DNA of 54,762 nt, taken from Sphingomonadaceae bacterium. Lineage in GTDB: Bacteria > Chloroflexota > UBA6077. The notes under the pieces were generated by a model that was given only the letters and a program-made list of their open reading frames with translations, had not been told where the DNA came from and did not search any database. A program made the translations under genes and the position numbers. Location of the stretch: positions 1 through 54,762 of the forward strand of contig JBLNDL010000063.1 of the NCBI GenBank assembly GCA_050261575.1, written 5' to 3'. Positions 32,051-41,731 of the stretch are shown piece after piece. How positions within the stretch are numbered: the first letter of the stretch is position 1; every line of letters begins with the position of its first letter.

Positions 32051-33307
32051 ATGGTGCAGCCAGGTGGGCGGATGGAAGCAGACGAGCAGCGACTGGAGTG
32101 GATACGTCGCCGGATGCGGACGGCGGGTCTGGATGCTCTTCTCTGCCGTCTACCTCACAACGTCCTGATGCTCACCGGATACGCCCCGGTCATGGGCAAC
32201 TCCTTCGCGCTCTTCCCCCTGGACGGGGCCCCCGCCCTGGTGGTCCCCGAGTCGGAGGAGGACCTGGCCCGGCTGGGATGGGTTTCGGACGTTCTGGTCT
32301 ACACTAGCTCCACGCTGCTTCGGCTGGGAAAGGTGGATGAGGCGGTGGAGCCGCTGCTCGCCCAACTGGTACGCGACCGCGGGCTGCTGGGTCGGGTGAT
32401 AGGCTACGAGCACGAGTACGGGACGGTTCCAGCCAGCTACACCCAATTCGCGGTCACCTCGCCGGGCACGCTCCAGTTGTTCCAGGAGTCCTTCGGCGAT
32501 GCCTACTGGAGAGCGGCCGACCGGGAGTTGGAGGAACTGGCGGCGGTGCTCACGGAGCGGGAGGTGGACATGGTGCGTCTGGCGAACCTGGTGGCGGCCC
32601 AGGGGATGCTGGCCGCCAGGCAGGCGATCCGCACCGGCGCCCGGGAGTGCGACGTGGCCGGCGAGGTGAGCAGCGCGGTGCTGGCGACAGGCTACAGGCT
32701 CGAGCCCGTGAGACGCGTGGTGGCCTACCCGCACGTCCTGTCGGGTCCGAGGACCGAGAGCGCCCACCAACCCTACAACACCACCTCCGGCCGAAGGATC
32801 CTTCGCGGTGAACAGGTGCTGGTTCAGTTGGAGGTGTTCCTGGACGGCTTCTGGGCGGAGATCACCCGCACCTTCCTGGTGGGAGAGCCGAGCGCTGAGC
32901 AGAGGGCTGCCTACGAGGCTTGCCTGGAGGCGATGGAGCGGATGCGCCAGGTGGAGCGACCCGGTGTGCAGGCGGCTGGGGTGGACATCGCAACTCGCAC
33001 CGTCCTCACCCGCCGGGGTTACGGGGATGCCTTTCGCCACGGGCTGGGCCACGGGGTGGGTTTCCAGGCCATATCCCGCGATCGGATCCCGCGACTGCAT
33101 CCTGCCTCCCCCGACGTCCTTCTCGCGGGCATGGTCCACAGCGCGGAGCCGGCGATCTACATGGAAGACTTCGGGATCCGCATAAGCGACGACCTTCTGG
33201 TGACCAACGGTCCGCCGGATCAACTGACCCCCCTGGAGAAGGAGTTGGACTGGGCGATCTGCGGGCGCCGCAAGAGGAGTGTCTCTGCAGGCAGCACCGC
33301 CGCGTAG
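32051..33307 (+). CDS. M24 (Xaa-Pro peptidase/creatinase-like) family protein with atypical metal ligands
   Basis: Creatinase N-domain (NVLMLTGY), ITRTF, HGLGHGVG, EPAIY. Confidence 0.88.
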   Translation: MVQPGGRMEADEQRLEWIRRRMRTAGLDALLCRLPHNVLMLTGYAPVMGNSFALFPLDGAPALVVPESEEDLARLGWVSDVLVYTSSTLLRLGKVDEAVEPLLAQLVRDRGLLGRVIGYEHEYGTVPASYTQFAVTSPGTLQLFQESFGDAYWRAADRELEELAAVLTEREVDMVRLANLVAAQGMLAARQAIRTGARECDVAGEVSSAVLATGYRLEPVRRVVAYPHVLSGPRTESAHQPYNTTSGRRILRGEQVLVQLEVFLDGFWAEITRTFLVGEPSAEQRAAYEACLEAMERMRQVERPGVQAAGVDIATRTVLTRRGYGDAFRHGLGHGVGFQAISRDRIPRLHPASPDVLLAGMVHSAEPAIYMEDFGIRISDDLLVTNGPPDQLTPLEKELDWAICGRRKRSVSAGSTAA

Positions 33308-33395
33308 CACCGGATAGCCCCCATGTGTGTTACAATTAGAGTCACGGCGGCGTCCGATGGACGCGCCGCATTCGTCAGGGTCTATCGCCCCTCAT

Positions 33396-33466
33396 TGCGG
33401 GGTCGTCTAGTGGTAGGACGGCGGACTTTGGATCCGCCTACCCAGGTTCGAATCCTGGCCCCGCAG
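33396..33466 (+). tRNA. tRNA-Gln(TTG), CCA not encoded
   Basis: Acceptor TGCGGGG/CCCCGCA, anticodon arm GCGGA-CT-TTG-GA-TCCGC, GGTTCGAATCC; TACAAT -10 at 33331. Confidence 0.95.
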
Positions 33467-33490
33467 CCTTCGATCTGCCATGTGGGTCGT

Positions 33491-33563
33491 GGGCCGCTAG
33501 CTCAACTGGCAGAGCAAGTGACTCTTAATCACTGGGTTGCAGGTTCGAGTCCTGCGCGGCTCA
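33491..33563 (+). tRNA. tRNA-Lys(CTT), CCA not encoded
   Basis: Acceptor GGGCCGC/GCGGCTC, AGTGA-CT-CTT-AA-TCACT, GGTTCGAGTCC. Confidence 0.95.
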
Positions 33564-33746
33564 CCCACTCTCCCTTCGTTCCCCGCTTTCTCTTGACCTC
33601 TTGCCTCCGAGTTTGCGTGGCCCTGCATGTGCCTTGGCGTCCCACCGCCGGGTATGCTCGCACTCACGGGTTTAGTCGCCCTGTTCGTCCCTTGATCGCG
33701 ATGTCGAGAGGGAAGCCGAACAGACGGCGCGGTGGGGTGACGCGGT

Positions 33747-34196
33747 ATGAAAAGGGGCTCGACTTCGGTGCACTTCTACAAGCGGATACTGATTCCCTTC
33801 GATGGCTCGGAGGGCGCCACAAAGGCGCTGCGGCGGGCGCTCCAAGTTGCCAAGGATCAGGCTGCCGCTGTCACGGTCTTCTACGTCGACGAGCACCTGC
33901 CTCGCTATGCGAAGGGGGTGGGAGAGATCCGGGAAAGCCAGGAACTGAGGGAGGCGGAGGCGGCCGAGCTTGAATCTCGGGCTCGCGCCGTTGCTGCTGA
34001 GTATGGTGTGAGGATCAAGTTCGAGACCGTCGCTGGACACGCCGCCCTTGCGATCCTGAGCCGTGCGCGGGAGGGGGGCTTCGATCTCATCGCCATCGGC
34101 CGTAGTGGGCGCTCGGGTCTGTGGGGGATGCTGCTAGGAAGCACCACGGCCAGGGTGGTGGATCAGGCCGCCTGCGACGTGCTGGTGGCGCGCTGA
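33747..34196 (+). CDS. universal stress protein
   Basis: YKRILIPFDGSE, DLIAIGRSGRSG, LLGSTTARVV; start may be GTG 33768. Confidence 0.95.
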   Translation: MKRGSTSVHFYKRILIPFDGSEGATKALRRALQVAKDQAAAVTVFYVDEHLPRYAKGVGEIRESQELREAEAAELESRARAVAAEYGVRIKFETVAGHAALAILSRAREGGFDLIAIGRSGRSGLWGMLLGSTTARVVDQAACDVLVAR

Positions 34197-34221
34197 GGGG
34201 CTTCGACAGCTTCAACTTGGT

Positions 34222-34237
34222 TGGCACGGAACCTGCT
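34222..34237 (+). promoter_or_regulatory. sigma54 promoter of the ABM gene
   Basis: TGGCACGGAACCTGCT. Confidence 0.75.
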
Positions 34238-34280
34238 CGACCGGGCTTGATGTTCCCGATTCCCCCAGCGGAGGTGAGAC

Positions 34281-34613
34281 ATGGCCGGCAGGGCGATGTT
34301 TCTGTTGCGCATCAAGCCGGGCGAGGAGGCCGAGTTCGAGCGCCGGTGGATGGAGGCTCTGGACGACCTCCGAGCCCACAAGGGCTTCCGGTCGCGCGAG
34401 TTGATCCGAGTCATCGATGGGGACGGAAGCTACGTGGTGCTCTCCGAGTGGGACACTCCCGAGGACTACTTCGAGTGGCGCAACAGCCTGGATCGGGCGC
34501 GCATTTACGGCGACGAGCTGTCGCCCCACTTCGCCGCGCCCCCTGTCACGGGTGTGGGCGAGGTGCTCGTCCGCATGGAGGCGACGGCTCCGCTACCGGG
34601 CGAGCCTCAGTAG
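34281..34613 (+). CDS. antibiotic biosynthesis monooxygenase (ABM) family protein
   Basis: IKPGEEAEFE, GFRSRELIR, YVVLSEWDT..F.EW. Confidence 0.88.
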   Translation: MAGRAMFLLRIKPGEEAEFERRWMEALDDLRAHKGFRSRELIRVIDGDGSYVVLSEWDTPEDYFEWRNSLDRARIYGDELSPHFAAPPVTGVGEVLVRMEATAPLPGEPQ

Positions 34614-35117
34614 CTCCAGGCCGAGGTTCATCGCGTCCAGCGCCCGGTTGATCAGGACGTTCCTTCTCTGGTTCTGCAAGCGGTGTACGCACCAGGTGCT
34701 CTCTATTGGCTCGCCTTTCTGTGCGTCGAAGGTGTCGGTGCGCTCGATGACGATGTGAGGAAAGCGAGTGGGGAAATCCCTCCGCAGGAGCGTGACTCCC
34801 CGCTCGGTATCCTCCCATTGGGCAGTCGGGCCTCCCTCGGACCCATCGTGCAGAAACCGGATGGTGGATGAGAGGATCTCCTCCACCTTGGAGAGCCGCA
34901 GCGCCCTGGGGTCCACCGTGGCAGGCAGGGGCAGGGCGCCCAGCCGATTCGGCTCACGGTAGTACTTGGCCAGAAGGTCCAGGGTGTCGTGTTCGCCCTT
35001 GAGCAGCTTCATCAAGGTGTTCCGCACGTGGACCCCGTAGCGGCGCTCGTCTTCGTTGAAGTCTGGCAGCGGATTCGATCCCAGCAGTTCGTCTCTGTCG
35101 ACCCGCGTCTGCGCCAT
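34593..35117 (-). CDS. hypothetical protein (174 aa)
   Basis: GAGGA RBS, normal composition; no family recognised. Confidence 0.7.
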   Translation of the reverse strand: MAQTRVDRDELLGSNPLPDFNEDERRYGVHVRNTLMKLLKGEHDTLDLLAKYYREPNRLGALPLPATVDPRALRLSKVEEILSSTIRFLHDGSEGGPTAQWEDTERGVTLLRRDFPTRFPHIVIERTDTFDAQKGEPIESTWCVHRLQNQRRNVLINRALDAMNLGLELLRLAR

Positions 35118-35200
35118 TGCATCGTCCTCGCATTCAGACGTGAGCTATCAGCCACGAACCGGCAGCTTGCGGCTGATAGCCGCTCGCCGACTGCCGGCTG

Positions 35201-35494
35201 CTACGCGTAGGGGGCAACCAGCTTGTCCCACAGCCCCTGGCTGATCTCACTCTTCGGCACGTAGCAGGATCCCTCTGGGATTCGCTCTCCCGATTGGCCC
35301 TGGATTATCCCTCTCTCCGGATGGGAGATGTCGAAGTAGAGTTCGTCATCCCTCATGGGCTCGCCCGTCGTGCAGTAGTTGATATCCCTCAGCTCGTCGT
35401 CGGAGAAGCTCTGAAGCCACTCGAAACGCTCCTTCAGCTTCTCGGCCGTCTTCCTGCGGGCAACCGGCCCCTTCGACCCCATGCCTTGGCTCAT
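35201..35494 (-). CDS. hypothetical protein (97 aa)
   Basis: AGGAGG RBS; SDDELRDI...YFDI..PERG...YVPKSE...LWDKL. Confidence 0.8.
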   Translation of the reverse strand: MSQGMGSKGPVARRKTAEKLKERFEWLQSFSDDELRDINYCTTGEPMRDDELYFDISHPERGIIQGQSGERIPEGSCYVPKSEISQGLWDKLVAPYA

Positions 35495-35573
35495 CGTTCC
35501 ACCTCCTAGCCGCCCCTGACCCTTGCGAGAGGGGCACTGTTGCATCGCCCTGTGGCTGCGAACCAGCCAGGGG

Positions 35574-35589
35574 AGCAACGGCCGTGCCA
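35574..35589 (-). promoter_or_regulatory. sigma54 promoter of the two hypothetical genes
   Basis: Minus strand TGGCACGGCCGTTGCT, full consensus. Confidence 0.85.
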
Positions 35590-35595
35590 GCAAAC

Positions 35596-35611
35596 TGGCA
35601 CTGGACTTGCT
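35596..35611 (+). promoter_or_regulatory. sigma54 promoter of the GH94 gene
   Basis: TGGCACTGGACTTGCT, full consensus. Confidence 0.85.
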
Positions 35612-35692
35612 CTCTCGGCCTCTCTGCTTGCCAGCGTGTCACGCTCCAGACCGGAGCGGCTTGCAGCTAAGGACGACTGGGGGTTCGGGTCG

Positions 35693-38116
35693 ATGGTGCA
35701 GCAGGTTGTTGAGAAGCCCCTCATCGAGACGGAATACGGGCGTTTCTCCGACGATGGGCTGGAGTACATCATCAAGCGGCCGGACATCCCGCGGCCGTGG
35801 GTCAACTACCTCTCCAACGAGGAGTTCTGTGCCCTCATCTCTCACACGGGGGGGGGTTACTCCTTCATCCACGGGTCGGGATACGACCGTATCCACCGGT
35901 GGTTCCCTGGGGAGGCCATCCACCAGGACCGCCCTGGCAGGTACGTCTACGTCCGAGACGGCGATACCGGCGAGTACTGGAGCATCAACTGGCAGCCCTG
36001 CCTGAAACCCTACCAGTCCTGGGAGGCCCACCACGGCCTCGGTTACACCTGGATTCAGTCGCAGACCGAAGACATTCAGGGTGAGATCCTGTACTTCGTT
36101 CCGCAGGACGAGAACGTGGAGTTCTGGGTCGTGACCCTCCGGAACCGGAGCGACCGCCGTCGCCGGATCAGCGTCTTCCCCTACGCGGAGTGGACGCTCT
36201 CCAGCTACGCCCCGGATCTGACGGAGCGCAGCTTCCACGTGCTCTTCAACGAGGTGAGGCAGGACAACGGGATCATCTACGCCACCAAGCGCTACTGGCC
36301 GACGGTGAGCCTGGTGGTGGGCCAGACCCCCAACATCGAGTGGAACAAGTACGCCTTCATGACCACCAGCATCCCGTTCCAGGGGTTCGACTGCGTGCGC
36401 CAGGCCTTCATAGGCGATTACAGGGACTGGCAGACGCCCATAGCCCTGGAGCAGGGACGCCTGAAGAACAGCCAGGGCGACGGGTACGATTCCATCGGCG
36501 CCTTCCAGCACGATTTCGAGCTGGATCCGGGCGAGGAGATGCGCTTCCACGTCATCATCGGCGCCGTTCCCAAGGATAACCGCGAGGAGGCCGCCCGGAT
36601 CAAGAGCAAGTACACGGACACCACCGACGTGATGTACGAGTTCGGCCGGTTGCGGGAGTTCTGGGGCGACTACATCAACAGGTTGTGGGTCAGCACCCCC
36701 GATCCCGAGTTCGACCTGTCGGTGAACGTCTGGAACAAGTACCAGACCTGGATAACTGCCCACTGGGCTCGGATGGCCTCCTACTACATCGGGGGCGGCT
36801 CCATCATGGGTTTCAGGGACCTCTCCCAGGATATCCTCGGTGTCCTGCCCAACGACCTGCAGATGGCCCGCCGGCGGACGATGAGCATAGTCTCCCATCA
36901 GTTCGCCAACGGCAGCACTGTCCACAACTGGGACCCCCTCACCAACACGGGCGCGGTGACCGGCCACTCCGACGACCCCCTCTGGCTGGTGATGTGCATC
37001 CTGAACTACGTCAAGGAGACCGGCGACTTCAGCTTCCTCCAGGAGAGCGTACCCTACCTGGACGTCGGCGAGGGGACCGTGCGGGAACACATGGTGAGGG
37101 GACTGTTCTACGCTCTCAAGCAGCGCAGCCCCCGCGGACTCTCCCTGATCCGGTCGGGCGACTGGAACGACGGCCTCAACTACGTTGGCGTGCTCCAGCG
37201 GGGTGAGAGCGTGATGAACAGCCACTTCCTCGCCTGGATGCTCAGGGAGGTCGCCGACCTGTTCGACGTCCTGGGAGATACCCGAGCCAGGGACCGCGTG
37301 CTGATCGAGTACAACCGGACGCGTGACGCGATCAACCGGTACGCATGGGACGGCGAGTGGTACTGGCGGGCAACCAAGGATACAGGCGAACTGCTCGGGA
37401 GCCGTACCAATGCCGAGGGCAGCATCTACTTGAACGCTCAGACCTGGGCAGTCCTGGGTGGGGTGGCAGAGGGCGAGAGGGCGATCCGAGCCATGGACTC
37501 GGTGAAGCAGCGCCTGGACACCCCGTACGGCCCCGCCCTGTTCCTGCCGGCCTACCGTGAGCCGGACAGCACTATCGGGATCATCACGCGGTTCGCCCCG
37601 GGCACCAAGGAGAACGGCACCATATTCAACCATGCCGTGGCCTGGACCGTCATCGCCGAGGCCACCCTGGGGAGGGGGGATATGGCCTATCACTACTGGA
37701 AAGAGACCTCCTTCCTCATTCGGGGCAAGAACCCCGGACTCTACAAGGTCGAGCCCTACGTCTACGCCGAGTACGTCTACGGGCCCGACCACCCCGGCTT
37801 CGGCGAGGGTGAGTTCACCTGGACGACGGGCACAGCCGCCTGGATGTGGAGGGCGTGCACCGACTGGATCCTGGGGGTGCGCCCCACCGTCCGAGGGCTG
37901 GTGGTGGACCCCTGCCTGCCGACGGCCTGGGACCGCGGCTGGCTGACGCGCAACTTCCGAGGCTCCACCTACCAGGTGGAGATCGCCAACCCCGACCGCG
38001 TGTCCAAGGGGGTCGTTCGGGTGCGAGTAGATGGAAAGGAGATCCAGGGCAACCTCCTGCCGGACTTCCGGGATGGCGCCACCCATCGGGTAGAGGTTCT
38101 GATGGGCCGGCGGTAG
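35693..38116 (+). CDS. GH94 glycoside phosphorylase (cellobiose/chitobiose phosphorylase family)
   Basis: PRPWVNYL, GFRDLSQD, SDDPLWL, GDWNDGL, ENGTIFNH, WTTGTAAW. Confidence 0.95.
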   Translation: MVQQVVEKPLIETEYGRFSDDGLEYIIKRPDIPRPWVNYLSNEEFCALISHTGGGYSFIHGSGYDRIHRWFPGEAIHQDRPGRYVYVRDGDTGEYWSINWQPCLKPYQSWEAHHGLGYTWIQSQTEDIQGEILYFVPQDENVEFWVVTLRNRSDRRRRISVFPYAEWTLSSYAPDLTERSFHVLFNEVRQDNGIIYATKRYWPTVSLVVGQTPNIEWNKYAFMTTSIPFQGFDCVRQAFIGDYRDWQTPIALEQGRLKNSQGDGYDSIGAFQHDFELDPGEEMRFHVIIGAVPKDNREEAARIKSKYTDTTDVMYEFGRLREFWGDYINRLWVSTPDPEFDLSVNVWNKYQTWITAHWARMASYYIGGGSIMGFRDLSQDILGVLPNDLQMARRRTMSIVSHQFANGSTVHNWDPLTNTGAVTGHSDDPLWLVMCILNYVKETGDFSFLQESVPYLDVGEGTVREHMVRGLFYALKQRSPRGLSLIRSGDWNDGLNYVGVLQRGESVMNSHFLAWMLREVADLFDVLGDTRARDRVLIEYNRTRDAINRYAWDGEWYWRATKDTGELLGSRTNAEGSIYLNAQTWAVLGGVAEGERAIRAMDSVKQRLDTPYGPALFLPAYREPDSTIGIITRFAPGTKENGTIFNHAVAWTVIAEATLGRGDMAYHYWKETSFLIRGKNPGLYKVEPYVYAEYVYGPDHPGFGEGEFTWTTGTAAWMWRACTDWILGVRPTVRGLVVDPCLPTAWDRGWLTRNFRGSTYQVEIANPDRVSKGVVRVRVDGKEIQGNLLPDFRDGATHRVEVLMGRR

Positions 38117-38172
38117 GCTGCCCGCATACCCCGGCGCGATCCACGGCGCCGCACCCCCCAAGGCGAGCCCAG

Positions 38173-38204
38173 AGGGCGGTCGTGAGACCGCCCTTTCATT
38201 TTTT
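38173..38204 (+). terminator. intrinsic terminator after GH94
   Basis: AGGGCGGTC-GTGA-GACCGCCCT then TTCATTTTTT. Confidence 0.75.
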
Positions 38205-38309
38205 CAATTTCAGCCGCGTAACCCCTTGACAATCTCTAGTGGAATGTGAAGAATATGCATGTTCCGCTTGATGGTCTTTGTAGGGCGGCGAAAGCGAGCT
38301 GAGGTGGCG

Positions 38310-38684
38310 ATGATGCGGACGGTAATTGGCCGTTGCCCCGTGTGTGAAGGGGAGTTGGAGGTGGTTCGGCTGAGCTGTCGCGGCTGCGGCACCTCCCTGG
38401 AGGGGCGGTTCGCCCTGGGGAAGTTCCACTCCCTCAGTAGGGAGCAGTTGCAGTTTGCCGAGGTGTTCATCAGGAACCGGGGCAACATCAAGGACGTGGA
38501 GCGGGAGCTGGGCATCTCCTATCCAACCGTCCGAGGACGGCTGGATGCCCTGATACGGGCGCTGGGTTACGAGGTCCCTGAAGAGCCGAAGCAGGCGCCA
38601 GTGGGTAGGAGGGATGTCCTGGCCCAACTGGAGCGGGGCGAGATCACCTCGGAGGAGGCGATCAAGCTGCTACGCGGGCGGTAA
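38310..38684 (+). CDS. DUF2089-family zinc-ribbon/HTH protein
   Basis: CPVC...CRGC, GNIKDVERELGISYPTVRGRLD, LERGEITSEEA; TTGACA at 38226. Confidence 0.9.
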   Translation: MMRTVIGRCPVCEGELEVVRLSCRGCGTSLEGRFALGKFHSLSREQLQFAEVFIRNRGNIKDVERELGISYPTVRGRLDALIRALGYEVPEEPKQAPVGRRDVLAQLERGEITSEEAIKLLRGR

Positions 38685-38715
38685 GCAGGTGTCTCTGGAC
38701 AGGTCGGCTGCTCTG

Positions 38716-38783
38716 TGCGGGTATCCCTAGTTCATGTCGACTGCTCTAGCGGGAGACTTGCGCTCTATCTGGAGATACCTGCT
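38716..38783 (-). repeat. 68-bp MITE/REP-like element, copy 3, with an extra half-site at 38684-38695
   Basis: Reverse strand AGCAGGTATCTC...GTCGACATGAACTAGGGATACCCGCA. Confidence 0.85.
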
Positions 38784-39152
38784 TCGTGCGCCCTGCCGCA
38801 AGCCCCATGCAGTTGAGCGGGGGGCATCCCCCGGCGCGGGGCAGCGGGGCACACGTGACGCGAGCGTGCGCGCGAGGCGAGCGAGCGCAGCCCCGCGGCC
38901 ACGCCCCATGGGCGCCGCATTCATGGAACGACGCACTCAGCCGGGAGAGTGGGAGGAATGGAAGTGCATCGCAGGATTGGGCAGTACCTCTGGGGGCGGC
39001 GGCCGAGCCCTGCAGTGGTGCCGGAGGGGACGATGGCGTTGGCCGGGGCTGCTCTGGAGGCTCACGAAGTTCGGCACTCGGTTGGATCCGACGTGGCTGG
39101 TGAGAGACACCTGCTCGACGAGAGGTCGGGGCAGGGGGAGAAGGAGACGGGA

Positions 39153-39533
39153 ATGGCGGACGACGAGCGGATGCAGATCCTGAAGATGGTGGAGGAGCGC
39201 AAGATCACTGCCGAGGAGGGGGCGAGGCTGCTGGACGCGCTGGAGACGGGTAGCAGGCAGTTGGAGCACCCCGCGGGCCGAACTCCACGCTGGATCCGGG
39301 TGCGGGTGACCGACGTCGCCACCGGCCAGTGCAAGGTGAACGTGAACGTGCCGATGGGCGTCGTGACCGCCGCTGGCAGGCTGGGGGCTCGCCTGGGCCT
39401 GGCAAAGGTGGCGGAGAAGGAGGGCATCGATCTCGAGGAGCTGTTCCAGGCGATCCAGAGCGGTGCCGAGGGGAAGCTGGTGGACGTCACCGACAACGAG
39501 AATCGGGAGCACGTCGAGGTCTACGTGGAGTGA
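39153..39533 (+). CDS. SHOCT-like domain protein, DUF2089 partner
   Basis: ERMQILKMVEERKITAEEGARLLDAL, RWIRVRVTD, VNVNVP; AAGGAG RBS. Confidence 0.85.
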   Translation: MADDERMQILKMVEERKITAEEGARLLDALETGSRQLEHPAGRTPRWIRVRVTDVATGQCKVNVNVPMGVVTAAGRLGARLGLAKVAEKEGIDLEELFQAIQSGAEGKLVDVTDNENREHVEVYVE

Positions 39534-39864
39534 CGAGCCTCGCGAGGGGGCAGTGAAGCCGCGAGTCTCGTGGGAGCCCGGTACCTTGCCCGGGCGCGCC
39601 GCACCCCCCTCGTGCAGCCCCTGGCCGGGCGCGAGTTCCGGCTGGCCGGCCAGGAGCTGCGATGGGTGTTGGCGTGCCCGGGGCTCGCCCCCAGGGTCGT
39701 CGCCGCTGCCGTGCCATGGTGCTGCTGTCAGCGGCCGTTACCGCGGCGAATCCACCCGTGCGCCCCATCGACTGAGACGCGTCGCCAACCCCTGCGCAGC
39801 CCTCTCTTGTGCCTTCGTCTTCCCCCGCATCTCTCGCACTGCCGGTTTTGCGCGCTAAACCTCG

Positions 39865-39893
39865 TTGACAGCATTCACCTGGTACCCTACACT
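39865..39893 (+). promoter_or_regulatory. sigma70-type promoter of yvlD-yvcK
   Basis: TTGACA, 17 nt, TACACT. Confidence 0.75.
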
Positions 39894-39960
39894 GCTTTCA
39901 ACCCCCTCTCACGTGTAGTCGGAATGCTTCTTGCTTTCCATCCCCACCCTTGGAGAAGGA

Positions 39961-40302
39961 ATGGTTGGCGCCCTGGTAAGGCTGCTCATGACGGCGATCT
40001 CGGTGGTGGTGGCGGCATATCTGCTTCCGGAGTACCTGCAGGTCGGGGGAGTTGGGTCCGTCCTGCTGTTCGCGCTCGTCCTGGGTGCCCAGAACGCGCT
40101 GGTCAAACCGATACTGCTCGTACTGACCCTGCCGCTCAACATCCTGACGCTCGGTCTCTTCACTCTGGTCGTCAACGCTGCCGTCTTCTGGTTGGCGGCG
40201 CAGTTGCCGCTGGGTGTCAGGGTGAGTGGGTTTCTCGGCGCATTCCTAGCGGCCCTCGTGGTGAGCGCCGTCAGCTTTATCCTCTCCAAGGCGGTACCAT
40301 GA
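39961..40302 (+). CDS. YvlD-like 4-TM (phage holin family) membrane protein
   Basis: NALVKPILLVLTLPLNILTLGLFTLVVNA. Confidence 0.9.
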   Translation: MVGALVRLLMTAISVVVAAYLLPEYLQVGGVGSVLLFALVLGAQNALVKPILLVLTLPLNILTLGLFTLVVNAAVFWLAAQLPLGVRVSGFLGAFLAALVVSAVSFILSKAVP

Positions 40303-40375
40303 TCCGGGGGCGCCCCCGGGTTAGCACATACGGGGTGATGCTCAGCCAAGGGCGTTGCCTGGAAGGGTAACAAAG

Positions 40376-41704
40376 GTGAGCTTTCTCAAGTGGCTCTACC
40401 CTGGAATGCGGATCAAGCGCTGGCTGATACTGCTGACGGTGGGGCTCGTGCTCGTCAGCCTGGGGCTGGCCTACGTGCTGGTCCACATCTACCGCACTCA
40501 GCCTTTTCCCGACTACGTGGCGTCTCTCACCCTGCAGTTCATCGATAGGCCGGTTCGCGGTGCTCTCTTCATCTCGGCGGGCATTACGGTGCTCATCGTC
40601 GCGTTCTGGCGTCTCAACGAGTCGGTGCTCTCCGCCGTGATGCCCAACGGGCGCAGCAGCAACCTGGTGGATATCGTCTACAACCACCGCCACCGACAGC
40701 GGGGTCCGAAGATCGTGGCCATCGGCGGCGGCACCGGGCTATCCACCCTGCTGCGAGGGCTGAAGGAGTACACCACCAACATCACGGCGATCGTCACGGT
40801 CGCCGACGACGGGGGGAGTTCGGGGCGGCTGCGTCGGGAGTTGGGGGTGCTGCCGCCGGGGGATTTCCGGAACTGCATCGTGGCCCTCGCCGATGCCGAG
40901 CCGTTGATGACCAAGCTGTTCCAGTACAGGTTCAGTGAGGGCTCGGGTTTGGACGGCCACAGCTTCGGCAACCTATTCATCGTCGCCATGTCCGGCATCA
41001 CCGGCAACTTCGAGCGGGCGATCCGGGAGTCCAGCCGAGTGCTGGCGGTGCGTGGGCAGATTCTGCCCTCTACCCTGGAGAACGTGACGCTGTGCGCCGA
41101 GCTGCTGGACGAGGCCCGGGTGGAGGGCGAGTCCAACATATCGAAGAGCTCCGAGCCGATCAAGCGGGTATACCTGCAGCCCGAGCATCCGGCCGCCTAT
41201 CCCGAGGCGATTCGGGCCATCCTGGACGCCGATCTGGTCGTGATCGGGCCCGGAAGCCTCTACACCAGTGTGCTTCCCAACCTGCTGGTGGAGGATCTGG
41301 CCCGGGCCCTGATCTCCTCGAAAGCCCTCAAGGTGTACGTCTGCAACGTGGCGACCCAACGGGGGGAGACCGACAACTTCATGGTGCAGGACCACGTGCG
41401 CGCCCTGCTGCACCACCTGCCCGAGAACCCGCTCCACTTCGTTCTGGCGAACGACAAGCTGGGGGCAGAGCTTCCCGCTCACTGGCGGGTGAGCCAGGTG
41501 GCTTTCGTCGGCGAGGGGAGCATCGATGGGGCGGAGGTCGTGCAGGCCGACGTCATCGATCCCCAGAATCCACTGCGCCACGATTCCAAGAAGCTGGCCC
41601 AAGCCCTGATGCGCCTCTACTACGATAAGGCCGAGGTGGCGCTGCAACGCCCGAACGGGGAAGCGCGGCACTCCGAAGCCGACGTGAGAGTGGAATCGGC
41701 TTAG
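40376..41704 (+). CDS. yvcK: YvcK/GlmR (CofD-related) protein with N-terminal membrane segments
   Basis: PGMRIKRW, IGGGTGLS, DDGGSSGRLR, GHSFGNL, GPGSLYTSV, RHD. Confidence 0.95.
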   Translation: MSFLKWLYPGMRIKRWLILLTVGLVLVSLGLAYVLVHIYRTQPFPDYVASLTLQFIDRPVRGALFISAGITVLIVAFWRLNESVLSAVMPNGRSSNLVDIVYNHRHRQRGPKIVAIGGGTGLSTLLRGLKEYTTNITAIVTVADDGGSSGRLRRELGVLPPGDFRNCIVALADAEPLMTKLFQYRFSEGSGLDGHSFGNLFIVAMSGITGNFERAIRESSRVLAVRGQILPSTLENVTLCAELLDEARVEGESNISKSSEPIKRVYLQPEHPAAYPEAIRAILDADLVVIGPGSLYTSVLPNLLVEDLARALISSKALKVYVCNVATQRGETDNFMVQDHVRALLHHLPENPLHFVLANDKLGAELPAHWRVSQVAFVGEGSIDGAEVVQADVIDPQNPLRHDSKKLAQALMRLYYDKAEVALQRPNGEARHSEADVRVESA

Positions 41705-41731
41705 CAACTCGGGGCGGTCTGCCCTCGAAGG

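Noticed and set aside
33396..33566. tRNAs lacking CCA as partners of the UUU P-loop
   Set aside because: Ordinary tRNAs under a sigma70-like promoter; CCA is commonly added after transcription
35142..35200. Short GCTGATAGC-type repeats (similar at 28748-28772 and 54155-54187) as a CRISPR array
   Set aside because: Degenerate short intergenic repeats with no repeat-spacer periodicity and no cas genes
23140..35505. Orthogonal SD (AGGCAG) on regulon genes matching the altered 16S tail
   Set aside because: The regulon genes I checked carry canonical GGAGG/AGGAG, so there is no local support for a private mRNA set
35639..38161. Long antisense ORFs (840 aa here; also 7708-9570 and 27358-28752)
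   Set aside because: Shadow frames of real genes caused by high-GC codon bias
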